Positions 40,518 through 48,102 of a stretch of 64,000 bases of DNA are shown here, piece after piece. A model generated the notes under the pieces. It had not been told where the DNA came from. It made no database searches and saw only the letters and a list, made by a program, of their open reading frames with translations. A program made the position numbers and the translations under genes. Origin of the DNA: Bacteroidota bacterium (GTDB lineage: Bacteria; Bacteroidota; Bacteroidia; 2-12-FULL-35-15); assembly GCA_025963775.1 (NCBI GenBank), contig JAOQAD010000037.1:1638-65637 (forward strand), read 5' to 3'. The first letter of the stretch is position 1, and each line of letters begins with the position of its first letter.

Positions 40518-42455
40518 ATGAAACATCTTTTCCCGGTTTTTTTATTCTTATTCTCACTTAGTGCCATGGCACAGGACACCTCAAAGATCCTGCGGCCGGA
40601 AGCACGTTACAAACATTCCCTGGGCGGACGCAGATGGGGCATCGGGCTGGGAAACAACCCGGCAATTTATTCGGGGTTGAAATTCAACTTCCGGAATGAG
40701 AATACAATCACCAATGGCATCAACCTTGCCTTCATTTCTTCTTCTGATCACATCTATCCCTGCAGGACAAACGGCATCAACATCAGCCTGCTTTTTCTCG
40801 AACAAAAGGTATTGAATGGAATAGGCATCACTCCTTTCTGGCTTTCTATTGATAAAAAGATGAACGGCATCTTTGCAACAGGATTTATCAGCGATACGGA
40901 TACCCTGAACGGCATCGGCTTTACCGGGCTCGTGCATCTTTCTATGAACGCCATCAACGGAATTTCGGTCGCGGGAATCGATGTTACAAGCGACCGGATC
41001 AACGGCCTTGCACTGGGTGGCTTTGTTTGTATTGCAGACAAAACCCACAATGGGATCTCGCTTTCCGGGATCTTCTCGAAGGCAGAAACAATGAACGGGC
41101 TGATGGCTTCTTTGGTAACAAAGTCGGGATGCACGCACGGGATCCAGCTGGGATTGGTGAACACCTGCACGTTCATGCAGGGAATACAGTTTGGGCTGAT
41201 CAATGTGATTAAACAAAATCCGCGCTGGTGCAGGATAATGCCTTTCATTAATTTCCATGTCCGGAAATTTGTCCCGAGGATAGATACCGTAACTGATGGA
41301 AATGACCTTATCGTAACAAGATATCAACTCGATAACCATACTCTTCGCTCGGTTGAAACATGGAGTAAAAGCCTGTTCGATTCCATCCGGCCGTTCGACA
41401 GCAGGGAGATCTTTTATGCAAAAAAAAGCATCACAGAATTTCAATTGAACCAAACAGGGCCACGGCATGGAAAGGAAATTTCTTATGACAAGGAAGGGCG
41501 GTTGCTGCTTGAAGCTGTTTATGCCGATGATACATTGCAGAGCAAAAAGAGTATCAGCTATTTTGATTACAATATGCAAACAACAAATTACCTGCATGAT
41601 TCGGTGACTGAAACATGGACGCTCCAGGGGAAGGATACAACGGAGTACACACGCACGGTCAAAGGCGTACAGATGATAAAGACAAGGAAACAGGAAGGCT
41701 ACATGGGCAGCGAGGTTTACTATTACATGGAAATGCAGGATGGGAAAACAACAAAAAATGTTCTTATTTACAATGGAGAGGATATCATTGAAGAGCATAA
41801 AGAGCTCGGCCAGTTGCGTTTGTTAAAAGGTGATACGCTGCAGGAAGGATTTGATCTGTTCAGCAGTTTTGATATCGGCGAAGACCTCTGGACTGATGAC
41901 ATGGAGCCCTGCTTTAAGAATAACATTGCTTATTATACTTACGGCAATGGAAAGCTGAAAGGCTTAGGATACACCAGTAAAGATTCTTCCGTATTCAAAA
42001 AAATAATTTATTACGATTATAAAAAGAACAGGATCAGGAGCCGGACGCTGTACACAAAAGACAAAAGAACGGATACCTGTTACTACAGGAATGGAAAGGT
42101 ATTATCGGTTGAAAATGATTCCACGGCAGCATCTTTCAATAAACGTGGAAAGATGATCGGGCAAAGTTTTTACGATGAGGGATTTTACAAAACTTATAGA
42201 AAAGGAAGATTAAGATCCAGCAGCGGCGGAAATTGCGTTACCAGCTATTACAGGAATGGAAGGCCCGAGCGGGAACGCTCAAATTGGTATAACGGCACTT
42301 ATACCGAACAATATTACAGGAAAGACGGCAGGCTTGAAAAAGAAATATACTATGATAATGGAACGATGACGGAAAAGTATTATAAAAAAGACGGCACATT
42401 AAAAGAAGAAAGACGTTATGAGCATGGGAGGCTGGTGTCTCATATCGCATCCTGA
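40518..42455 (+). CDS. Secreted repeat protein: N-terminal 14-16-aa NG[IL] repeats plus C-terminal MORN-variant/YwqK-like repeats
   Basis: Signal peptide MKHLFPVFLFLFSLSAMAQ. There are 11 successive xNG[IL]xxxG[IFL] units between residues ~64 and ~230. The C-terminal units are YYRNGK..., YYRKDGRLEKEIYYDNGTMTEKYYKKDGTLKEERRYEHGRL. Confidence 0.75.
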   Translation: MKHLFPVFLFLFSLSAMAQDTSKILRPEARYKHSLGGRRWGIGLGNNPAIYSGLKFNFRNENTITNGINLAFISSSDHIYPCRTNGINISLLFLEQKVLNGIGITPFWLSIDKKMNGIFATGFISDTDTLNGIGFTGLVHLSMNAINGISVAGIDVTSDRINGLALGGFVCIADKTHNGISLSGIFSKAETMNGLMASLVTKSGCTHGIQLGLVNTCTFMQGIQFGLINVIKQNPRWCRIMPFINFHVRKFVPRIDTVTDGNDLIVTRYQLDNHTLRSVETWSKSLFDSIRPFDSREIFYAKKSITEFQLNQTGPRHGKEISYDKEGRLLLEAVYADDTLQSKKSISYFDYNMQTTNYLHDSVTETWTLQGKDTTEYTRTVKGVQMIKTRKQEGYMGSEVYYYMEMQDGKTTKNVLIYNGEDIIEEHKELGQLRLLKGDTLQEGFDLFSSFDIGEDLWTDDMEPCFKNNIAYYTYGNGKLKGLGYTSKDSSVFKKIIYYDYKKNRIRSRTLYTKDKRTDTCYYRNGKVLSVENDSTAASFNKRGKMIGQSFYDEGFYKTYRKGRLRSSSGGNCVTSYYRNGRPERERSNWYNGTYTEQYYRKDGRLEKEIYYDNGTMTEKYYKKDGTLKEERRYEHGRLVSHIAS

Positions 42456-42522
42456 AATTTTTTCCGGCAAATAAGTTTGTCCTGAAATAGGACAGCCCGT
42501 TGCTTTTTCTTCTCCAATTCTC

Positions 42523-42530
42523 TATATTTG
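42523..42530 (+). promoter_or_regulatory. -7 box TATATTTG
   Basis: It lies 44 nt upstream of the ATG at 42575. Confidence 0.35.
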
Positions 42531-42574
42531 ATCATTGTCCCGGATCTACTCCTTCCGTGCGGCTGTAATTGATC

Positions 42575-45500
42575 ATGAAGAAAAAAACATTCTTCCATTC
42601 ATTTCTTTTTCTTTATTTCCTTTTTTTGAACGGGGCATCGTTCGGGCAGATCACGCATTGGGTGCAGAAAGCCGGTAGCCCGGGCAATGACGAAGGCTAC
42701 GACATTTCCATCGATGCGAACGGCAATACTTACACCACCGGATATTTCAGCGGGACCGCCGCATTCGGGAGCACCACCCTTACAGCTTATGGCGTTACGG
42801 ACATCTTCATTACCAAAACCGACAGTCTTGGCATTTTCAAATGGGCTGTAAAAGCAGGCAGTACCGGCTCCGACCGTGGGCTTTCCATTAAGGCAGATGC
42901 TGCCGGGAACAGCTACATCACCGGCTTTTACTACGGTACCGCAACCTTCGGAAGTACAACCATTACATCCGCAGGTGTGCAGGATATTTTCATTGCCAAA
43001 TACAATACTGCCGGAGTGCTGCAATGGGTGCAGAGTGCAGGCGGAACAGAACCGGACATCGGCAATGGGATCAATGTGGACAATGCCGGAAATGTGCTGG
43101 TGACAGGGGAGTTCAAAGGAACAGCCTCCTTCGGCAGTTTTTCCCTCACGAGCATGAACAGCTCAATTGATGTGTTCACTACGAAGCTGGATGCTGCAGG
43201 AAATTTTTTATGGGCGGAACAGGGTGCAGCTCCATACATTGACAGGGGTATTGATGTTGCTGCAGATGCAGCCGGAAATATTTACGTGACAGGGGAGTTC
43301 ACCGACACGATCACCTTCGATGTCACGCACCTCAATACGATCTATAACGCGATCTTTATCGTGAAATACAACAGCGCCGGGGATGAGCAGTGGTTCAAAA
43401 AGATCGGGGGCGGCACACTGAACCTTGTAAGCGGCATTGCGGTGGATGCAGCCGCAAACGTATATGTTACGGGAGATTTTACAGGCAACCTTATTTTTTT
43501 CGGCCCTCCGAATGTGACCATCACCAACACCTATTCGAACAGGATCTTCACTGCGAAATGCGACAGTAACGGCAATCTCCTCTGGGCTGATGCCGATGGC
43601 TCCGACGGCGAGATCACTTCCCGGAACATAGCGCTCGATGCGGCGGGCAATCCTTTCATTATCGGGAACTTCAAATGCAGGCTGAATGATTATGCTGACC
43701 AATACGGACAGGGAACATTCAACAGCATTGGCTTCTGGGATACTTTCGTCACCAAATATTCTACAGCAGGCATACGGCAATGGAGCAGGCAGTATGGCAG
43801 CAAGGCAGATGACTACGGCGGAGGCATTGCACTGGATCTCAATAACGATGCAAACATTGCGGGAAGCTTTCAGCGCACCTTTATGTTCCCCTATTCAGGA
43901 ACGCTGATCGGTTATTCCACCTATAACATTACAAGCTGGTGGGGCTATTGCAGCGATCCGCTTTATGGCGAATACGAAGGCTTCAGCTCCTCCGGGAATG
44001 CGGAGATCCTGGTCGCAGATATTGTGGACCCCGCCCGCGAACCTTACGATTATTATCAACGCTACGGCACAGGATGCACAAAGCCATACATAGGTGTGTG
44101 CATCGACGATTACAACTATTACTATAATAACTGCCCCGATTCTATTGAATTTTGCGGGGAGGGAGAGCTGCATGCCAATTCACAGACCACGCAGGCCGGC
44201 CCTGATTTCAATTACCTCTGGTCAACCGGGGAAACATACGACTACATCAGCGTAAACACTTCCGGTTATTATTCAGTGACGCAAACTTCTGCAGACGGAT
44301 GCTTCGTCAGCAGCGACAGCGTCTACGTTACGATCCATCCTATCCCGCCAAGGCCAACCATTTCGGATGACCATGGCATAAACACCAACGCCACGTATCC
44401 GCTAACCATCGAACTCTGCGGGGATTCGGCACTGCTTACAGGCGGCGGCTTCGGAGGACTTACACATTGGTGGACAGGGCCTACAGGATCGTATATCAGC
44501 ACCACCGACATGGCAACTGTTTCGGGCGTTTATTCATTTTTTGATTCCACGATTTACGGCTGCGTCAGCCAGACTTCGGTATGGGTGATCATCGACACGG
44601 CTTTGTCTCCCTTCAACCCGGGAATGTATTGTGTGGAAGATTCGATCCATGGAAATGATTCAATTACGTTGTGTTTCGGGCAGCATTTTTACATGTACAT
44701 TTATGATTCCATCAGCAACCCGAACGGCGATCCCGGCTGCATCCCCAATGATATGGATGCTACGATCTACTGGTCGGTAAATCCTGATACCGCGATCTAT
44801 TACTACCCGGTAGTATATGATCCCTGTGACACATGGACATACACCCAGACTCCCTTCCAGCCTTATGAATCCGGCACCTACATCATAAATGCAATGATCG
44901 TAAGAGGCAGCAACTGTGATGCGGATACTGTTTATGTGAGTGACACGATACACGTTGACCTTCTGCCAAATCCCGTATTAACTATTTCAGGCGATCCTTA
45001 CATTTGCCCGGGCGACTCTGCATTGCTGATCGCATCCGGGGCAGCTACATACAACTGGCTGTGGCTCGGCAGCACGAATGACAGCGTTTGGGTCAGCCAG
45101 GACGATTACTATACCGTTACCGGCATGAACTCAGCCGGGTGCATCGGTGTAGCAACGTTTGAGGTCACGGTGTATCCGGCCAGCCAGCCGGTGATTACGA
45201 TGAACCCTTCCAATGGACTGATCTGCCCGGGTGATTCCGTACAGCTGTTTTGCAACGGTGCCGGGATCTTTCAATGGGAAGGCCCTTCCGGCCCGATCGC
45301 GGGAAATACACCTACCGTGTTTGTGAATATTCCCGGCATTTATTACTGCATCCGTACAGATACCAATGGCTGCCTGTACACCAATGTTTCCAATACCGTG
45401 CAGGTGAACCAGTACGGAACGCCTTATGTGCTTGCAACGCCAAGCACAGTGTTGTGCCCCGGCGGATCGCTGCTGATCTCTGTTGTGAGCAACGATACCA

Positions 45501-47410
45501 GCAACATTCAGTGGCAGCCGCCTTTGAGCGGAAACAGCACCACGCAAACGGTCACATCGCCGGGAACATATACCTGCTCGATCACTTCCTGCGGCATCAC
45601 TACCATGTCAAGCGTGGTCATCACGATGTCGAACGTTGCAGCAACCATTACCGCCGGCGGGCCACTCACATTCTGCAACGGCGATTCGGTAGTGCTCAGC
45701 GCCAACAGCGGCATGGCAAATTATGACTGGGAACCGGGCAGTATCAGCCAGCCCACAGTCGCCATTTATGATGCAGGGACATACACCCTTTCAACGATTG
45801 ATGCTTACGGCTGTGAGGCCACATCATCACCCCTTACAGTTACTGTTCTGCCCGCTCCCCTTCTCAGCGTCAACTCTGCTTCCATTTGCGCAGGTGGTTC
45901 TGCAACGCTTACCGCAAGCGGAAGTACGAGCTATTCATGGTCGACTGGCGACAACACTCCGGGCATTGTGGTTACTCCTTCCGCCAGCACAAGTTATACC
46001 GTGAGCTCAACAACGGGAAGCTGTACAAGCTCTGCGATCTCAACCGTAACTGTAAATCCGATCCCGGTCATCGCCGTAAATTCTCCTTCTGTATGCAGCG
46101 GGCAGGCGGCAACGCTTACTGCTTCCGGCGCGGCGACTTATTCCTGGTCAACAGGCGACCTTACAAATTCCATTGTTGTGACACCGGCAGCAGGCACAAC
46201 ATACACTGTAACGGGCACTTCAGCAGGCTGTTCCTCTTTAGCAACAGCAACCGTAAGCGTGCTGCCTTCACCAAACGTTACTGTTAATCCGGCCAGCATT
46301 TGTGCAGGACAAGCGGCAATACTGTCTGCAGCTGGCGCTTCCACTTATTCATGGTCGACAGGTGCGGCCACAAATTCAATCAGCGTTTCCCCTTCAACAA
46401 CAACCTCGTACAGCGTGAGCGGGACAAGCTCCGGCTGCGCAGATACGGCTTTTGCGCTGGTTACGGTGAATCCTTTGCCGGTGCTGGTTGTGAATTCTGC
46501 TTCTATCTGCAACGGGCAAACAGCAACGCTTACTGCATCGGGAGCAGCCTCCTATTCATGGTCAACAGGCGCCCTTATAAATTCCATCACAGTATCTCCT
46601 CCTGCCACCACCACCTATTCCGTAAGCGGAAGCACATCCGGCTGCACGGCTTCATCCACTGCCACGATCACTGTAATCCCTGTTCCTTCAGTTACTGTGA
46701 ATTCAGCAGTGATCTGCGAAGGAGAAACAGCAACACTTACTGCTTCCGGTGCCGACACGTATGTTTGGTCAACGGGCGACCTTACGAACACGATCAGCGT
46801 CACGCCTTCCGCAAGCACTACGTATACCATCACGGGAACAACGAACAGTTGCCCGGATACCGCAACAAGCAATGTGGCCGTAACACCGAACACTGCTTCC
46901 CTACCTGTTGTCAGCAACATGGAGATCTGTGCCGGCGATATGGCAACGCTTACTGCTTCTGGCAGCGGAACAATTCAGTGGTACAGCTCGCCGCTTTCCG
47001 GAACACCCATCTTCAGCGGATCTGAATTCGTAACGCCGGGCCTCAGCTCCACAACAACTTATTATGTTTTGTCTCAGAACCTCGATTGCAAAAGCCCGCT
47101 CGTGCCTGTAACAGTAAGTGTTGATGACTGCGATAACATTCTTGTACCGAACATCTTCACACCGAACGGTGATGGCGTGAACGACCTGCTTTTCTTTCAT
47201 TCAAATGCTTCACGCTGCTTTCACTGCAGGATCTATAACAGGTGGGGAACATTGGTGTATGAGCTGGACAACGCTGCCAGCGGATGGAACGGAACGATCA
47301 TGAAAACAGGAAAACCTGCTTCGGATGGTGTTTATTATTACATTCTTGATTACTGCACTTCTGCTGATAAAAAGGAGCTGACCGGATTTGTGCAGCTGAT
47401 AAGGGAATAA
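42575..47410 (+). CDS. Giant adhesin: SBBP beta-propeller repeats, Ig-like repeats, T9SS type B C-terminal sorting domain
   Basis: 1611 aa from ATG 42575 (MKKKTFFHSFLFLYFLFLNGASFGQ). The N-terminal ~400 aa carry SBBP-type repeats (D.AGN.Y.TG.F.GT..FG). The C-terminus ILVPNIFTPNGDGVNDLL...RIYNRWGTLVYE...GVYYYIL...GFVQLIRE matches the type B sorting domain. Confidence 0.9.
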   Translation: MKKKTFFHSFLFLYFLFLNGASFGQITHWVQKAGSPGNDEGYDISIDANGNTYTTGYFSGTAAFGSTTLTAYGVTDIFITKTDSLGIFKWAVKAGSTGSDRGLSIKADAAGNSYITGFYYGTATFGSTTITSAGVQDIFIAKYNTAGVLQWVQSAGGTEPDIGNGINVDNAGNVLVTGEFKGTASFGSFSLTSMNSSIDVFTTKLDAAGNFLWAEQGAAPYIDRGIDVAADAAGNIYVTGEFTDTITFDVTHLNTIYNAIFIVKYNSAGDEQWFKKIGGGTLNLVSGIAVDAAANVYVTGDFTGNLIFFGPPNVTITNTYSNRIFTAKCDSNGNLLWADADGSDGEITSRNIALDAAGNPFIIGNFKCRLNDYADQYGQGTFNSIGFWDTFVTKYSTAGIRQWSRQYGSKADDYGGGIALDLNNDANIAGSFQRTFMFPYSGTLIGYSTYNITSWWGYCSDPLYGEYEGFSSSGNAEILVADIVDPAREPYDYYQRYGTGCTKPYIGVCIDDYNYYYNNCPDSIEFCGEGELHANSQTTQAGPDFNYLWSTGETYDYISVNTSGYYSVTQTSADGCFVSSDSVYVTIHPIPPRPTISDDHGINTNATYPLTIELCGDSALLTGGGFGGLTHWWTGPTGSYISTTDMATVSGVYSFFDSTIYGCVSQTSVWVIIDTALSPFNPGMYCVEDSIHGNDSITLCFGQHFYMYIYDSISNPNGDPGCIPNDMDATIYWSVNPDTAIYYYPVVYDPCDTWTYTQTPFQPYESGTYIINAMIVRGSNCDADTVYVSDTIHVDLLPNPVLTISGDPYICPGDSALLIASGAATYNWLWLGSTNDSVWVSQDDYYTVTGMNSAGCIGVATFEVTVYPASQPVITMNPSNGLICPGDSVQLFCNGAGIFQWEGPSGPIAGNTPTVFVNIPGIYYCIRTDTNGCLYTNVSNTVQVNQYGTPYVLATPSTVLCPGGSLLISVVSNDTSNIQWQPPLSGNSTTQTVTSPGTYTCSITSCGITTMSSVVITMSNVAATITAGGPLTFCNGDSVVLSANSGMANYDWEPGSISQPTVAIYDAGTYTLSTIDAYGCEATSSPLTVTVLPAPLLSVNSASICAGGSATLTASGSTSYSWSTGDNTPGIVVTPSASTSYTVSSTTGSCTSSAISTVTVNPIPVIAVNSPSVCSGQAATLTASGAATYSWSTGDLTNSIVVTPAAGTTYTVTGTSAGCSSLATATVSVLPSPNVTVNPASICAGQAAILSAAGASTYSWSTGAATNSISVSPSTTTSYSVSGTSSGCADTAFALVTVNPLPVLVVNSASICNGQTATLTASGAASYSWSTGALINSITVSPPATTTYSVSGSTSGCTASSTATITVIPVPSVTVNSAVICEGETATLTASGADTYVWSTGDLTNTISVTPSASTTYTITGTTNSCPDTATSNVAVTPNTASLPVVSNMEICAGDMATLTASGSGTIQWYSSPLSGTPIFSGSEFVTPGLSSTTTYYVLSQNLDCKSPLVPVTVSVDDCDNILVPNIFTPNGDGVNDLLFFHSNASRCFHCRIYNRWGTLVYELDNAASGWNGTIMKTGKPASDGVYYYILDYCTSADKKELTGFVQLIRE
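45857..46891 (+). repeat. Five tandem 207-bp (69-codon) coding repeats
   Basis: Unit starts are at 45857, 46064, 46271, 46478 and 46685, an exact 207-nt period. The unit consensus is ..V N S A S I C x G Q x A T L T A S G A x x Y S W S T G ... T Y (T/S) V (T/S) G. Confidence 0.9.
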
Positions 47411-47433
47411 GTGGTTAAGCGCTTTTTTCTATC

Positions 47434-47712
47434 ATTCGCTCCGCAGGAGCTCTTTTTCTCTTTTTGCTGTTGTTACTAATAATGTGATCCTCCGGAGCAA
47501 TTGCAGTCAATTGAGCAGGCCGCTCCTACGGAGCTTGAAGAACACGCAGATATTTTTGTTGCTTACAAACAGTTCGCTCCGATGGAGCGGTGATAGATCA
47601 GCTGTAAATCAGGAGCGGGCTGTTGCCACAATAATGCGGCATAACAACACTCCGGAGGAGTGTATTATTACTACAAGCAACACTCAAACACAGTGGAGCT
47701 CCGGAGGAGCGA
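47434..47712. repeat. Cluster of six short GCTCC-N3-GGAGC type hairpins
   Basis: Stems are at 47437-47450, 47489-47497, 47522-47534, 47575-47589, 47647-47663 and 47698-47710. Spacing is irregular (33-72 nt). Several share the flank TTCGCTCC. Confidence 0.7.
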
Positions 47713-47844
47713 ATTATAGAAAACCAAGCTTTAGATAATTCTGCTAAGAGAAAAATTTGAGTCCGCCAATGGGCCTCCCTTCGACTGCGCCTTCGTACCT
47801 CAGGCTGCGCTCAGGGCAGGCTTCTCGCGAATAATTTCGTTAAA

Positions 47845-47875
47845 CAAAAAATCCTGCTTACGCAGGACTTTTTGT
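47845..47875. terminator. Bidirectional terminator (tRNA-His on minus, adhesin gene on plus)
   Basis: aaaaaatcctgc-ttac-gcaggacttttt: a 6-bp stem flanked by A-run and T-run. Confidence 0.7.
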
Positions 47876-47879
47876 TTTG

Positions 47880-47954
47880 GGTGGCCAATGGGGCTCGAAC
47901 CCACGACCCTCGGTACCACAAACCGATATTCTAACCAACTGAACTATGGCCACC
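47880..47954 (-). tRNA. tRNA-His: tRNA-His (anticodon GTG) with encoded G-1
   Basis: The reverse complement is GGTGGCCATAGTTCAGTTGGTTAGAATATCGGTTTGTGGTACCGAGGGTCGTGGGTTCGAGCCCCATTGGCCACC. It folds by hand into a cloverleaf: acceptor GTGGCCA/TGGCCAC, anticodon loop TTGTGGT, T-loop TTCGAGC. The extra 5' G pairs with discriminator C. Confidence 0.9.
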
Positions 47955-48087
47955 ATAGAATTTAAGGCTGCAAATATACCAAAATTTATAATCAGAGGAA
48001 ATTATGGAAGAATATTTTAGAAGATTTTGAACAGGGAAGCCTTCCGGCATGTTATTATAATTACAGGAAGATCACACGATAAATCCG

Positions 48088-48095
48088 TAAATTTG
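48088..48095 (+). promoter_or_regulatory. -7 box TAAATTTG
   Basis: It lies 7 nt upstream of the ATG at 48103. Confidence 0.45.
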
Positions 48096-48102
48096 TGAGA
48101 AC

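Noticed and set aside
40581-41798. 405-aa antisense ORF opposite 40518..42455.
   Set aside because: The product is Cys/His/Arg-rich with no motifs or signal. The plus-strand product has a signal peptide and two coherent repeat families. The long open antisense frame is probably a by-product of the skewed (Asn/Gly/Ile/Lys/Tyr-rich) codon composition of the plus-strand repeat protein.
42599-47200. Alternative-frame and antisense ORFs inside the 42575..47410 adhesin gene, including the 241-aa ORF 46300..47025 and the 190-aa ORF 43208..43780.
   Set aside because: The products are Cys/Arg-rich nonsense generated by the 207-bp repeats and GC-rich codons. They are fully nested in a gene with strong domain evidence.
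47434-47712. Possible CRISPR array at the hairpin cluster at 47434-47712, and the 108-bp direct repeat at 25124-25289.
   Set aside because: The repeats are only 9-17 nt and not identical. Spacing is irregular (33-72 nt), or there are only two copies. Orientation is mixed, and there is no leader and no cas gene in the window.
47762-47954. Genomic island integrated at tRNA-His. The string gccaatggg (47765-47773) repeats 9 nt of the tRNA 3' region, and an AT-richer gene and a giant adhesin lie on the 3' side of the tRNA.
   Set aside because: Only 9 contiguous identical nt. There is no integrase, excisionase or other mobility gene between 39.8 and 47.9 kb, and no second att-like copy further away. 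The match lies within a repeat-rich spacer.
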